Shown: positions 1 to 11,405, counted from the stretch's first letter. The stretch: DNA of 64,000 nucleotides from an uncultured Chloroflexia bacterium (GCA_963810095.1 CAWEMM010000006.1:768001-832000), one strand, 5' to 3'. Notes: generated from the sequence alone by a model not told the origin. Translations and numbers: made by a program.

Positions 1-402
1 ACGCAGCGCGCCCGCCGCAACCTGAGCAGCCTTTCGTATGCCTGGCTGGTGGCGGCCACCGCCGCCGTCGCTCTCTTCGTGATCAGCTTTCTGCTCGGCC
101 TGCCGCTGACCGGCTACGGGCCGCGCGCATGGCTGGCGGTGCTGGCACTCGGCATTTTCTCGCAGGCAGGCGGGTGGCTGCTGATCAGCTACGCGCTGGG
201 CTACCTGCCCGCCTCCGCCGCGGTCATCGTCCTGCTGGCCCAGCCGGTCCTGACCGGGCTGTTGGCGATTCCGCTTCTCGGCGAAGCCCTCACCCCGGCG
301 CAGATCGTCGGCGGCGCGCTTGCGCTGGCGGGCATCTACCTCTGCCTGCGCAGTACGGGTGGGACCGAAGCAGTCGCCGCCAGCGAGGGTGTGACGCCGT
401 GA
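1..402 (+). CDS. DMT/EamA family transporter (5'-truncated by window)
   Basis: Hydrophobic helices; EamA-like C-terminus LLAQPVLTGLLAIPLLGEALTPAQIVGGALAL. Confidence 0.85.
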   Translation, partial: TQRARRNLSSLSYAWLVAATAAVALFVISFLLGLPLTGYGPRAWLAVLALGIFSQAGGWLLISYALGYLPASAAVIVLLAQPVLTGLLAIPLLGEALTPAQIVGGALALAGIYLCLRSTGGTEAVAASEGVTP

Positions 403-914
403 CCGCGGGCGCCGGCGCACCAGCAGCAGCCGAATCGACGAGAGCGCGCATGCGCGCCTTTCTGGCCGAGCACACGACCCTGACCCTCGCCACGGTCGAC
501 GAGCGCGGCGAACCCGCGGCTGCGGCGGTCTTTTACGCGGCCGACGATGCGCTCAATCTCTATTTCCTCTCGGAAGAGCGGACGGAGCACGGCCAGAACC
601 TGCTGCGACAAGGTGCCGCGGCCGGCACGATCCACGCCGACGGACAGGATTGGCGCGCGATACGAGGACTGCAGGTGCGCGGACACGCGCGCCTCGTCAA
701 GGGCAGCGAGCTGGTGCACGCGACGACGGTCTACGGGCGCCGCTTCGCTTTTGTCGCGACGCTCCTGGCCGGGCAGGGCGGGCCGGGCGTGCTGAGCGGC
801 CCGCTGGCGCGCGCGCGCTTCTGGGTACTTCAGCCGGCGTGGCTGCGCCTTACCGACAACACCGTCCGCTTTGGCCACAAGGAAGAACTGCGGCTGGATC
901 GCTCTGAATCGTAG
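399..914 (+). CDS. Pyridoxamine 5'-phosphate oxidase-like FMN-binding protein
   Basis: FLAEHTTLTLATVD..P.AAAVFYA, IRGLQVRG, DNTVRFGHKEE; GTG start overlaps upstream stop (alternative ATG at 450). Confidence 0.8.
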   Translation: MTAGAGAPAAAESTRARMRAFLAEHTTLTLATVDERGEPAAAAVFYAADDALNLYFLSEERTEHGQNLLRQGAAAGTIHADGQDWRAIRGLQVRGHARLVKGSELVHATTVYGRRFAFVATLLAGQGGPGVLSGPLARARFWVLQPAWLRLTDNTVRFGHKEELRLDRSES

Positions 915-981
915 CGGCTCCCGTCACGGAGCCAAGCGGCCGGCGCAAGCGTTAAGCCTCCAGAAGGGAGGTGCTTGTACC

Positions 982-1389
982 ATGCCGGCAAAGAACCAGG
1001 ACGAAACCGAGATTCCGTCGACGATCATGCGGTCGGAAGAACATGCGCAGCACCTGTGGAAGGCAGCGCACGACAGCGCAGTCGAAACGTATGGCGAAGG
1101 CGGCCGCGCACACCGCGTAGCCTACGCGGCGTTGAAGCACGAATACGAAAAGAAGGGCGACAAGTGGGTGCGGAAGGCCGAGAACGGCCCGTCTGATCCG
1201 CAGGCCGCCCGCGGACCCACAACCCGGAAGAAGTCGACCGACGCGCCGGCCGCGCCGACCGCCGGCGGCAAAGTGGCACACGGCGACAAAGACGCGCGTG
1301 CCAAGGCCAAGGACGCGCGCGCAGAAGACGCCAAAGCCCGCCGCGCGCGCGAAAAACAAGACGACGAAAAGAAGAACGACAAGAAGTAG
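982..1389 (+). CDS. ChaB family protein
   Basis: PSTIMRS..HAQHLWKAAHDSAVETYGEGGRAHRVAYAALKHEYEKKGDKW; GGGAGG RBS. Confidence 0.8.
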   Translation: MPAKNQDETEIPSTIMRSEEHAQHLWKAAHDSAVETYGEGGRAHRVAYAALKHEYEKKGDKWVRKAENGPSDPQAARGPTTRKKSTDAPAAPTAGGKVAHGDKDARAKAKDARAEDAKARRAREKQDDEKKNDKK

Positions 1390-1410
1390 CAGTGTCCAGA
1401 GGAGCGCCCC

Positions 1411-2170
1411 GTGACCGACACCCCCCCGGAGCAGTTTCATCGCACAGATGAGGAGGCCGCCCGCCGCGGTCACCCGTCCTACGTTTGGCGCGCTGGTCAG
1501 GAACGCCGGCTCGCCCTGGTCCGGCAGTGGGCGAACCTGGACCGCGCCCGCATCCTGGACAACGGTTGCGGCGTCGGGATCTACACCGCGAGGTTCTGCG
1601 CGTACTCGGCGCGTGTCGCCGGGGTGGAAATCGACCCGGCGGCGGCGGCCGAGGCACGCGCCCGGACGGGGGCCGAGATCACGGTCGCTCGCGGCGAAGA
1701 TTTGCCGTTTGACGACGGCAGCTTCGACGTGGTCTTCTCGCACGAGGTCATCGAACATGTAGACGACGACCGGCAGGCGGCGCCGCGAGATGGTGCGCGT
1801 TCTGGCGCCCCGCGGCCGAATCGTCATCTTCTGCCCGAACCGGCTCTACCCCTTTGAGACGCACGGCCACTACTGGCGGGGCCAATATCATTTCGGCAAC
1901 ACCCCGCTGATCAACTACCTGCCAAACCCGCTGCGCGACCGGCTTGCGCCACACGTCAACGTCTACACGAGCCAGGGACTCCGCAACCTGTTCGCCGGCC
2001 TGCCCGTCCGCGTCGTGCATCACCAGGTCATCTATCCCGGCTTCGATAATGTCGTCGCCCGGCGGCCTTTGATCGGGCGCTGGCTGAAGCGCGGTTTGTA
2101 CGCAGCCGAGCACACACCGCTGCAGGCGTTCGGGCTGAGTCACTTCCTGGTACTCGAAAGGGCAGCCTGA
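1411..2170 (+). CDS. Class I SAM-dependent methyltransferase (apparent frameshift ~1780)
   Basis: ILDNGCGVG motif I and LPFDDGSFDVVFSHEVIEHV in ORF 1411-1857; continues EMVRVLAPRG in ORF 1790-2170. Confidence 0.85.
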
Positions 2171-2256
2171 GCGGAAGAGCTGGGTGCGCCGGCAGCATCT
2201 GATGGAACGGCTCGGTTTGGTACGCAGTCAGTTTGCTGCTATACTTATGTATCGTA

Positions 2257-2289
2257 CGGGGGGTGGAAGGACTACCCCCCGCTGTTTTT
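2257..2289 (+). terminator. Intrinsic terminator-like hairpin
   Basis: CGGGGGGTGG-AAGGA-CTACCCCCCG followed by CTGTTTTT. Confidence 0.55.
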
Positions 2290-2377
2290 GTCACCCAGCC
2301 AGGGGAACGAACTTACGAGCGCGGCGTCCTATGACTATCACCGTTGGATGCTACGCCCTGGAGATTTCCGCTCGACC

Positions 2378-5300
2378 ATGCACCGAACCCAACAGATCCA
2401 GCACAGGCGGCGTTACCGCCGCGCACACAGCCGGCCCGCCTACGGCAAATGGTTCCTCGTCGTCGCAGGCAGCCTGCTTGCGGTCTTCATCTTCCTGAGT
2501 TTCTCGTCCGTCATGTGGGCAGCCGTCTCGGCCGCCAGCGTCTACACGCTTTTCGCGCAGAACCTGCCCGATCCCTCGTCCATTCAGACCGAGCAGGAGA
2601 CTTACGAAACGGTCAAGATCTTCGACCGGACGGGCACCCACCTGCTGTACGAGTCGATCGACCCGCGGCCCTTCCGCGGCGACCGCACTTATCTCCCGGC
2701 TAATCAGATTCCCGAGCTCGTCAGGGACGCAACGATTGCGCTGGAAGACCGCGACTTCTACACGAACATCGGCGTAAACCTCCGCGGTTTGTCGCGTGCG
2801 CTCGTGTCCAACCTCCGCGGCAACCAGGTGCAGGGCGCAAGCTCGATCACCCAGCAGCTTGTGAAGAACGTCCTGATTGACCCGAAGGAGCGCTACGAGC
2901 AGTCGTACGCACGCAAGCTCAAGGAAGCGATCCTGGCGATCGAGATCACTCGCAAGTATCCCGGCCGCGAGGGCAAAGAGAAGATCCTCGAGTGGTATCT
3001 CAACTACAACTTCTACGGCAACGCCGCGTACGGGATTGAGGCAGCCGCCCAGGTTTACTACAACAAGCACGTACGCGACCTGACCACCGACGAAGTCGCC
3101 GTGCTGGCCGCCATCCCGCAGTATCCCGGCCTCAACCCCTTCCAGGCGCCTGCCGACGCCTACCGGCGCCAGCGCAAGGTGCTCAATTCGATGGTCGAGG
3201 CGAGCTACCTGACCCCGGAGCAGGCCGCGGCCGCCACACGCTACTTCAACACGCCGCTGCTGAACGACCTGGTGGAAAAAGGTTTCCTTGCGGAGAGCGA
3301 CCTGCCGCTGGTCGCGACCGGCGACCGGCCGGCCACCGCCCGCGCGCTCAATGCGCTCGTCAAGGCTGAGCTGCTTTCCAAGGAAGAGGCCGATGCGGCC
3401 AAGAAGCTGGCCGGCCCGCTGTGGCAGTACACCCGCGAGTCGGCACAGGAACGGTTCGAGGTGCCGCCCGACGCACCGCACTTCGCGCTCTACGTGCTCG
3501 ATCAAATCCAGCAGCAGTACAACACGCCCGAAGACCCGTATTACATCTGGCAGAACGGCCTGCGAGTCTACACCACGCTTGACTGGGACCTGCAGGCGTA
3601 TGCCGAGTGCGTGGCCCGCAGCCACATCGGTTCGATGAAGGGTTCCAAGGGCGCCGCGCCGAAGCCCTGCCGCAATGATCTGCCCACCATTCCGGCCGTC
3701 CCCGAAGCGAAGAAACAGGACTTCGACCACGAAGTCGGCAATGCGGCCGTGGTGGTCATGCGCCCGCCAACGGGCGAAGTGCTGGCGATGGTCGGCAGCC
3801 TGGACTACTTTGACGATTCGATCGACGGCCAGGTCAACATGGCCGTCTCCCCCCGTCAGCCCGGCTCATCCTTCAAGCCATACACGTACCTGACCGCATT
3901 CGAGTCCGGCGCGTTCGCGCCGTCTTCGATGGCGATGGACGTCCGCACCGTGTTCCCCGACCCGGGCAACCCACCCTACGTACCCGAGAATTACGACCGC
4001 AAGTATCACGGGCCGCAGTCGCTCCGCCAATCGCTGCAACGCTCGTACAACATCCCGGCCGTCTGGCTCATGGACCAGGTTGGCGTCGCGAACGTAATCA
4101 AGACCGCCCGCCGGGTGGGCGTGAGCAGCCTTAACTGGGAACTCAACCGCTACGGCTTGAGCCTGACGCTCGGCGGCGGCCAGGTCTCGCTGCTCGACCA
4201 CACATATGCGTTCAGCGTGTTTGCGAATGGCGGCATCATGGCTGGCAAGCCGGTGGCCGAGGACCTGCAGCGCCCCGGCTACCGCAAGCTGGACCCGGTC
4301 ACGATCCTGAAGGTGGAGACGAAGGACGGCAAGGTCGTCGACGAGTACACACAGGCGTCGACCGAACGGGTGGTGGACCCGGCCCCAATGTACCTGCTCA
4401 ACAACGTGCTCAGCGACCCCACGCCGCGCCCTGTTCGCGTTTGGCTCCTATGCCAACTACCTGACCCTGCCCGGGCGGCCCGTGGCAGCCAAAACCGGCA
4501 CGACCAACGAATGGCGCGATGCCTGGACAATGGGCTACACGCCGCAGATCGCGGTGGGCGTTTGGACGGGCAACAGCGACAACAAGGCGATGAAGCTGGC
4601 CGACGGCTCCATCACCGCCGCGCCCATCCTGAACAAGGTGCTGGCGAAGGCGGTCGACGGGCTGCCCGTGCAGGGCTGGGCCCAGCCGGAAGGTGTCGTG
4701 AAGGTGCGGGTCTGCGTGCCATCGGGCTTGCTGCCCTCGCCCGACTGCCCCTCGACGACGGCGGACCTCTTCGTGCGCGGCAAAGAGCCCAAACAGCAGG
4801 ACAACATGTACCAGGCGGTCGAGATTAACGCGTCAAACGGCAAGCTCGCGTCGGCCTGCACGCCGCCCGACCAGATCAAGCGCGTTAGCTTCCAGGTGTA
4901 TCCGTCCAACGCGGCCGATTGGGTGCGGGCGCAGGGCATCGCTCAGCCCCCCACGGAGGTCGATGGGCCGTGCGGCGGCGGCGAGCTGGCCGGCGACGTG
5001 CAGATCGGCTATCCCGCCATCGGCGCGCGCGTCAAGGGCGGGGTGCAGCTCACCGGCAACGCCCGCGCGGCCGACTTCCGCGCGTATCGGGTCGAGGTTG
5101 GCAAGAACGGTCAGTGGCAGCCCATCGGCGGCGAGCACGGCGAGCAGATCAGCAACGGCCCGCTGGAATTCTGGGACACGACCGGGTTCGACGGCATGTA
5201 CACGCTGCGCCTGCTGGTCATGGAAAACAGCGGCAACGTCCTGACCTATGAGATGCCGGTGGTAGTCGACAACCAGCCGCCCACGGTCCAGATCGCACAT

Positions 5301-5778
5301 CCATCGCCCGACGACATCTACGAGATGGAGACGGACGAGCTGATCTCCATCACGGCCGATGCGCAGGACGATTGGGAGATGGACCGCGTCGAGTTCTTCC
5401 TTGACGGCCAGAAGCTGGGCGACGCGACGGTGGCTCCCTACAGTGTGCGCTGGACGATCAAGATGACCGACATCGTGCCCAAGGCGCAGCCGACCATCAA
5501 TGCCACCGAAGTGATCACGAATCCGGACGGCACTGTGACGACGCAGCAGGTGCCCGACAGGTATACAAAGACCGAGAAGTACAAGAAAAAGGACGGCACG
5601 ACCGGCTCGCCGCGTCATCATTATGACGGGCGGCGGCGCGGGCGCGACCGTGATGGAAGGCAAGCTGCACGAGATCCACACGATCTGGGTGGTCGCGTAT
5701 GATAAGGCCGGCAACAAGGTCAAGAGCTCGCCCGTGCGGATCTTTGTGAAGCACAAGGACAAGGAGCCGAAGAAGTAA
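2378..5778 (+). CDS. Class A penicillin-binding protein (transglycosylase/transpeptidase) with C-terminal Ig-like domains; apparent frameshifts ~4435 and ~5605
   Basis: EDRDFY, GASSITQQLVKN, RKLKE (transglycosylase); SSFK, SYN, KTGT (transpeptidase); spread over three frames; start could be 2348. Confidence 0.9.
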
Positions 5779-5795
5779 CGGCGAGGCCGAACAGG

Positions 5796-6593
5796 ATGCC
5801 CCACATTCTCGTCACAAACGATGACGGCTACCAGTCCCCCGGGCTGATGGTCCTTGCCCGCTCGCTCCGGCGCGCGGGCAAGGTAACGGTGTTTGCGCCC
5901 GACCATAACTGGTCTGCCGCGGGCCACACCAAGACGATGCACAAGCCGCTGCGTATCACGCAGGCCCCGGCCCTCGACGGCGACATCCCCCTCTTCATCA
6001 CGACCGGCACGCCGTCGGACTGCGTTGCCCTGGCCCTGCTCGGCGTGGTCAAAGACCCCGTCGACCTGGTGGTCTCAGGGATCAACATGGGCGCCAACCT
6101 GGGGCACGATATCACCTATTCGGGGACCGTCGCGGGTGCGATGGAGGGCGCGGTGTTCGGTCGCCCGGCCATCGCGGCCTCGATGGAGTACACGGGCAAC
6201 TCTCCTGTCGAGGGCAAAACCGGCGACCTGGAATTCGCGGCCGAATTCATCGCCACGCTGAGCCTGCAGGTGCTCGCACAGGGGTTGCCGCGCTACGGCC
6301 TGCTCAACGTGAACTTCCCGGCAGTGCCGCGCACAGAGGTCACGGGCGTGCGGACGACGCGCTTGGGCATCCGGGTCTATCACGATGTCCTGGTCGAGCG
6401 GCTGGACCCGAAAGGCCGGCCGTATTACTGGATCGGCGGCGAGCCGCCGACCGGCGAACCCGAGGAGGGGACGGACGTCGGCGCCCTGGCGTGCGGCGCA
6501 ATCTCGATCACCCCCCTCAACCTGGACATGACCGACCGCAGCCAATTAGCGCAGTTGAACCAATGGCCGTTACAATGGAACCCTCATCCGTGA
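5796..6593 (+). CDS. surE: 5'/3'-nucleotidase SurE
   Basis: ILVTNDDG, GTPSDCV, SGINMGANLG, YSGTV motifs. Confidence 0.95.
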   Translation: MPHILVTNDDGYQSPGLMVLARSLRRAGKVTVFAPDHNWSAAGHTKTMHKPLRITQAPALDGDIPLFITTGTPSDCVALALLGVVKDPVDLVVSGINMGANLGHDITYSGTVAGAMEGAVFGRPAIAASMEYTGNSPVEGKTGDLEFAAEFIATLSLQVLAQGLPRYGLLNVNFPAVPRTEVTGVRTTRLGIRVYHDVLVERLDPKGRPYYWIGGEPPTGEPEEGTDVGALACGAISITPLNLDMTDRSQLAQLNQWPLQWNPHP

Positions 6594-6660
6594 TGAGGGC
6601 CATAATCCTGGGGGACACGATCATCCCCCCGTCAACCCTGGGTGCTGAAGGCATTCCCTC

Positions 6661-7557
6661 GTGAGCTTCAAACCGATCCCCTACGCCGGGCGCTGGTACG
6701 GACCACTCGCCATGCTGGCTCTCATCCTGCTGGACGTGATCTTGCTGCGCACGCTTCTGAACCGCGAGATCGACGGCGTGAGCTTTATTCTCGCGCTGCT
6801 CGTTCTGGCCAGTGCGTTGGTCATCCTGTACATCGGGTACCGTACCGTTTGTGCGTTCACGCTGGAATACTGGATAGACCGGGACGGCGTGACCGTGATC
6901 TGGGGCCCGACCCGGCAGAGCGTACCCATGGGGGAGATCGAGCGGGTGGTTAATGAGCCCCAACTGACCGCAAGAGGTGGGCCGGCGCCGTGGCATTGGC
7001 CCTGCCCGAACCGCCGCCGCATGCTGACGCAGGCCCTGGGCCCTGTAAATGCGTACAGCACCCGCCCGCTTCCCGAACAAATCGTGCTCGTTACCCGCGG
7101 GGAAAGCTACGGCCTGTCGCCAGCCGATCGCCGCGGCTTTGTCCAGGCCCTGCAAGAACGGTATGCCCTGGGTACAAACCGCGTCCTGGAGCCTGAACTG
7201 AAGCGGCCGCCACTGTGGACCTGGCCGCTGTGGAGCGACCGGATCGCGCTGTTCCTGATCGGCGCGGGCCTGGCCGGCGTGTTGATCATGTTCGGCGCAC
7301 TCTGTTTTCGTTTCCCCGACCTCTCGTCGGACCTGCCGGTGCATTTCGACGTGAGCGGCCTGCCCGACCGGATTGCAGCCAAGTCCGAGCTATTCACGCT
7401 GCCCCTTATCGGGCTGGCCGTTTGGCTTTTCAACACAATCGCCGGCATCTGGCTGTACCGTCACGTGCAGCGTGGCGCGGCTTATCTGCTGTGGTTCGGC
7501 GCGCTGGCCGTGCAGGGCATTGCCGGTCTTGCACTGTTCAACCTCATGCGTTGGTGA
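6661..7557 (+). CDS. Membrane protein with bacterial PH domain and DUF1648-like C-terminus
   Basis: TM pair, soluble PH-like region, then TM-LPVHFDVSGLPDR-TM. Confidence 0.65.
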   Translation: MSFKPIPYAGRWYGPLAMLALILLDVILLRTLLNREIDGVSFILALLVLASALVILYIGYRTVCAFTLEYWIDRDGVTVIWGPTRQSVPMGEIERVVNEPQLTARGGPAPWHWPCPNRRRMLTQALGPVNAYSTRPLPEQIVLVTRGESYGLSPADRRGFVQALQERYALGTNRVLEPELKRPPLWTWPLWSDRIALFLIGAGLAGVLIMFGALCFRFPDLSSDLPVHFDVSGLPDRIAAKSELFTLPLIGLAVWLFNTIAGIWLYRHVQRGAAYLLWFGALAVQGIAGLALFNLMRW

Positions 7558-7559
7558 GC

Positions 7560-8349
7560 ATGAGGCTCCCTGCCTATGAGATACCCATGGATCAGCAACC
7601 TCTCCTGAGCATCATCATTCCGGCGTACAACGAGGAGCATCGCCTCCCGAAGTCGCTCGACAGCATCATCGCGTTCGTCGACGAACAGTGTGCCAAGGGC
7701 GCCTTTACCACAGAAGTGCTTGTCGTCGAGAACGGCAGCCGCGACCGCACGACGGAGATTGCGGAATCGTACGCGGTCAAGCGCCCGTACATCCAGGTGC
7801 TTCACAGTTCGAAAGGCAAGGGCGCGGCGGTGCGGGCAGGCATGATGGCAGGCCAAGGGCGCTACCTGTTCATGTGCGATTCTGACCTGTCCATGCCGAT
7901 CCGCGAAGTGCTCAAATTCTTGCCCCCCGCTCTGGATGGGTACGACGTGGCCATCGCTTCGCGCGAGGGACCCGGCGCTCGCCGCTACGATGAGCCACAC
8001 TTCCGCCACGTCATGGGCCGCGTCTTCAACCTGATTGTCCGGGTCATCGCGATCCCGCGTTTCCAGGATACCCAGTGCGGCTTCAAGAGCTTCCGGCGCG
8101 AGGTGGCGCGGGAGGTCTTCACGGACGGGACCATGGATGGCTGGGCCTTCGACGTGGAGGCGCTGTTTATAGCGCTGCACCGGGGCTACAAGGTCGTGGC
8201 CGTGCCGATCGACTGGTACCACGATGCGGACAGCCGCGGTTAATCCGGTGCACGACACGATTCGCATGGTCCGGGATGTGCTGAAGATCCGCATCAACGG
8301 CTTGAAGGGCGTCTACAAAAGAAAAGCCGCGGGGCAGCCCGCGGCTTGA
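7560..8349 (+). CDS. GT2 glycosyltransferase, dolichyl-phosphate glucosyltransferase-like (apparent frameshift ~8240)
   Basis: LSIIIPAYNEE, ENGSRDRT, GKGAAVR, DSD, DTQCGFK; C-terminus VNPVHDTIRMVRDVLKIR in a shifted frame. Confidence 0.88.
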
Positions 8350-8352
8350 CGC

Positions 8353-8384
8353 AGACCCCCGAGGTTGGACAAACCGCGGAGGTC
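8353..8384. repeat. Palindromic repeat, AGACC-C--AGGTT family, copy 1
   Basis: AGACCCCCGAGGTT...AACCGCGGAGGTC between convergent genes. Confidence 0.6.
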
Positions 8385-8395
8385 GCTTGCCGGCG

Positions 8396-9130
8396 CTATC
8401 TTAACAAGAACAACCAGACCAGGAAGCCCGCCTGCGCAGCGACGATCAGCCAGAAGACGACCTGGTACTCGCGCTTCTTGTTCTTGTGATGCAAGACGCG
8501 CATCGCGACAAACGCACCGGGCGAGCCGCCGAGCGCCTCGAGCAGGTGCAGCACAGCTTCGGGCACCCGCAGCCCTTGCGCCTGGGCCTGCGCCTTGTCG
8601 TAGGCGTACACGCCGTAGGTTGCAATGCTGAACGATACCACCCACAGCGCCATCCACAAGGGCAGCGAACCGGGCTGATCGAATACGATGACCAACCCCC
8701 CCAGCAGCAGCAGCGCCGAGACCACGCCGATCAGAAGAAACTTGAGATAGGGGATGCTGAAGACGGAGCCCGGATGAACCTTGATCGCGGTCACGCCCTT
8801 CTCCGTGCGGGTGAGGTAGTAGCTGACCGCTTGCCCTGCGCGCACCTTTTTGTGCCCGTCGACCTGGCGTAGTCCGAAATGGACGTCGCGGCCTGCCTCG
8901 CGGCCTGCCTCCGCGGGGCGAATGAAGCCGTACCCTTCCTTGGGGTTGATCATCACCACGTAGCCGTGCTGGACCCCGGTGGGCAGCTTCTCCTGGGGCG
9001 GCGGCGCTTTGGGCGCCTGTGCGGGTGGCACCTTGTTTTGGCCCGCCGGTGCTGCCTTGGCGGCAGGCGCGTTCTGGGTTGAAGCGGGCTTAGCCGTTGG
9101 CGACGGCTTCGTCTCGGGTGGCTTGGCCAT
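8396..9130 (-). CDS. Cold-shock domain plus DUF1294 membrane protein
   Basis: KEGYGFI..DVHF cold-shock motif; YAYDKAQAQ..RVPEAVLHLLEALGGSPGA..HHKNKK DUF1294 signature. Confidence 0.85.
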   Translation of the reverse strand: MAKPPETKPSPTAKPASTQNAPAAKAAPAGQNKVPPAQAPKAPPPQEKLPTGVQHGYVVMINPKEGYGFIRPAEAGREAGRDVHFGLRQVDGHKKVRAGQAVSYYLTRTEKGVTAIKVHPGSVFSIPYLKFLLIGVVSALLLLGGLVIVFDQPGSLPLWMALWVVSFSIATYGVYAYDKAQAQAQGLRVPEAVLHLLEALGGSPGAFVAMRVLHHKNKKREYQVVFWLIVAAQAGFLVWLFLLR

Positions 9131-9306
9131 GGACTTTGCTCCTGGTGGGGAATCTGCGGAACTGCCGCCATCATACCCCAACGCACCGTCCTCGCCAAGC
9201 ACGTACGACAGCCCGGGATGCCAGCGTCCCCGGATTAGCCAATTGAGACGGTTTTGGTATAATATCTCTCAAATTCAGTCTAATAATCGTTCCTCAGGAC
9301 TACACT

Positions 9307-10725
9307 ATGGCACTTTCCTGGCCTTGGGCTCAGCAGACGCTGAAACGTAAGGCGAAAATCGTATGGATCGACTTGGGTGATCTGGGCGACCTCGTCCACC
9401 CCGAAGGCGCGCACGAGCAGTGGCAGGACCACGGCCTCGGCCTCCTGCGCACGATCCTCCACCAGAACGGAATTCTGACCGACGTCGTCTCGACGCGGGC
9501 AGTGACCAGCTGGGATCAGCTGGCCAAGCAGCTGGTGGGCTATGACATGGCGCTGATGAACGTCCGCAGCTACACGTACCCGTCGGGGCGCAAAGCGGCG
9601 CAAGTGTTCAAGCAGGTGAACCCGAACGGGCTGGTGCTGGCGGGCGGGATGCACGCGACGGTGGCGTGGGAGGAGATGCTCGAGGTCCCCGAGTTCGACA
9701 AGATCTGCCAGGGCGCAGGCGAGAAGGTCATCGTCGACCTGGTCAAGGACCCGGCCGCGTTTCCGCGGCTGTTTGCGGGCCAGAGCGCCGGGAGCATGGC
9801 CGACTGGCCCATGATCGACCGGACGCTGTGGCCGAAGCCCGCCAGCCCCAAGCTCGCCCGCCATTTCAACTGGCCGCTCGAGCCAGAATGCGGCTGGGGC
9901 CCGGCGCCCGTTGCCACCATCCTCACGAGCCGGGTCTGCCCCTGGCAGTGCGTCTTCTGCAACGAGAGCTCGTATGTGCCGAACATGGGGCGCAAGCCGG
10001 TCGACCAGGTCATCGACGAGCTCAACTACCTCGACAACCACTGGGGTTTGGGTTCGTTCGTGATCCACGACTCGATGTTCTTCCAGAACCCGAGCTGGCT
10101 GAAGGAATGGATCGAGAAGTATCCGCGCAAGGCCAACCGGCGCTGGACCTATTGGGCTGCTGCCCGCGCCGACACCGTGCGCCAATGGCCGGACCTGTTC
10201 GAGGCGTTGATCAAGGAGACGAACTGGAACCTGGTTTCGATCGGGTTCGAGTCGGGCAGCGACCGGATTTTGCGGCTGCTTAACAAAGAATGCACCGAAG
10301 AGGACAACAACTTCGCGATCGACCTGCTAAATCGCCTGGGGGACGAACTCGAAGCGCAAGGCAAGCAGGCCCCGAAGTTCTGGTCCAACATCATGCTGGG
10401 CATCCCGGGCGAGCACCCCGAGGACGCTTTCAAAACCATGCGCATGATCAAGCGCATGAAGCGCGTGTTCCCTTCGATCTCGTACTACGCGCCCTACCCC
10501 GGCTCAGCGCTCGGCTTCCAACTCATCGCAGAAGGCAAGAGCCTGATGTCGAAGGACAACTACCACCGCTTCCCCGACGACGAGAAGGTGATGGGCGTGG
10601 ACTACAAGTTCTATCACGAGTTGCTCGCCGGCCGGTACGAGGACGAGGTCAACAAGGAGCTGACGCCGGAAGAGCGGGCCCGCAGTTATTCCGGCCTATA
10701 CGCCCACGCGTTGACGAAGGCATAG
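9307..10725 (+). CDS. Cobalamin-binding radical SAM protein
   Basis: N-terminal B12-domain motif LAGGMHAT; CPWQCVFC; IGFESGSDRIL; extended -10 TGGTATAAT upstream. Confidence 0.9.
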   Translation: MALSWPWAQQTLKRKAKIVWIDLGDLGDLVHPEGAHEQWQDHGLGLLRTILHQNGILTDVVSTRAVTSWDQLAKQLVGYDMALMNVRSYTYPSGRKAAQVFKQVNPNGLVLAGGMHATVAWEEMLEVPEFDKICQGAGEKVIVDLVKDPAAFPRLFAGQSAGSMADWPMIDRTLWPKPASPKLARHFNWPLEPECGWGPAPVATILTSRVCPWQCVFCNESSYVPNMGRKPVDQVIDELNYLDNHWGLGSFVIHDSMFFQNPSWLKEWIEKYPRKANRRWTYWAAARADTVRQWPDLFEALIKETNWNLVSIGFESGSDRILRLLNKECTEEDNNFAIDLLNRLGDELEAQGKQAPKFWSNIMLGIPGEHPEDAFKTMRMIKRMKRVFPSISYYAPYPGSALGFQLIAEGKSLMSKDNYHRFPDDEKVMGVDYKFYHELLAGRYEDEVNKELTPEERARSYSGLYAHALTKA

Positions 10726-10731
10726 CGACTT

Positions 10732-10802
10732 ACCACAAAGACACGAAGTCACAAAGCTTCACAAAATCTTTGTCTAACTTCGTGTCGTGGTGTCTTTGTG
10801 GT
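10732..10802. repeat. Palindromic element with 8-nt periodic arms (CACAAAG family), copy 1
   Basis: Perfect 13-bp terminal inverted repeat ACCACAAAGACAC/GTGTCTTTGTGGT; arms built from 8-nt units. Confidence 0.75.
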
Positions 10803-10817
10803 GAAAGAACAATCGAC

Positions 10818-11024
10818 ATGAGCAGTTTTTCCAGTCCGCACTACATGTACCTGTTCACGCTGAAGAACGGGAAGAAAAAGCTGGCGTACGGCGCATCGCC
10901 CGAGGATGCGCTCGACATCCTGCGCATCCGGCTCGGCGAGGCCGAAATGGACGAAATTCTGCCGGACGAGTGGCAGAAGATCAACCAGCGCCAGCTCCAG
11001 CAGTACGTGAAGGACCTGGGATAG
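10818..11024 (+). CDS. Small hypothetical protein (68 aa) downstream of radical SAM
   Basis: Protein-like composition YMYLFTLKNGKKKLAYGASPEDALDILRIRL; host-like codon usage. Confidence 0.7.
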   Translation: MSSFSSPHYMYLFTLKNGKKKLAYGASPEDALDILRIRLGEAEMDEILPDEWQKINQRQLQQYVKDLG

Positions 11025-11117
11025 AATGGAACGCTGATTGAACTGATGTAGCTGATTGCCCTGATTTTCGGATAAGATCATGCGAATCAGTTCAATCAGG
11101 ACAATCTGCGTTCTATT
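11025..11117. repeat. Palindromic element with 9-nt periodic arms (CTGAT family), copy 1
   Basis: CTGAT at 11034/43/52/61; ATCAG-like at 11077/86/95/104; termini AATGGAACGC/GCGTTCTATT. Confidence 0.75.
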
Positions 11118-11124
11118 GCAGTCC

Positions 11125-11376
11125 ATGTCACACCTGGCTCCCGCCCAACTCACTCTCCTTCGCGCGATGCGCGACGGCGCGACGCTCAAGGCCCACCGCG
11201 ACCTGGACGGCGCCAAAGCGCACCTGCTGCACCCTCTCCATGGCGAACCCGTGCCCGTTCCCGCCCCACTGGTCGAATCGCTGCGCGACCTCGGCCTGAT
11301 CCAAAGCAACCACAAGTTCCCTGCGGCCACTTACGTCCTTACGGATCGCGCGGTCGAAGTGTTATCATCCTCCTGA
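11125..11376 (+). CDS. Small hypothetical protein (possible winged-helix-like fold)
   Basis: QLTLLRAMRDGATLK...VESLRDLGLIQSNHKFPAATYVLT. Confidence 0.6.
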   Translation: MSHLAPAQLTLLRAMRDGATLKAHRDLDGAKAHLLHPLHGEPVPVPAPLVESLRDLGLIQSNHKFPAATYVLTDRAVEVLSSS

Positions 11377-11405
11377 CGCACCGAAGGCTTGAAGGAGAGA
11401 ATCTT

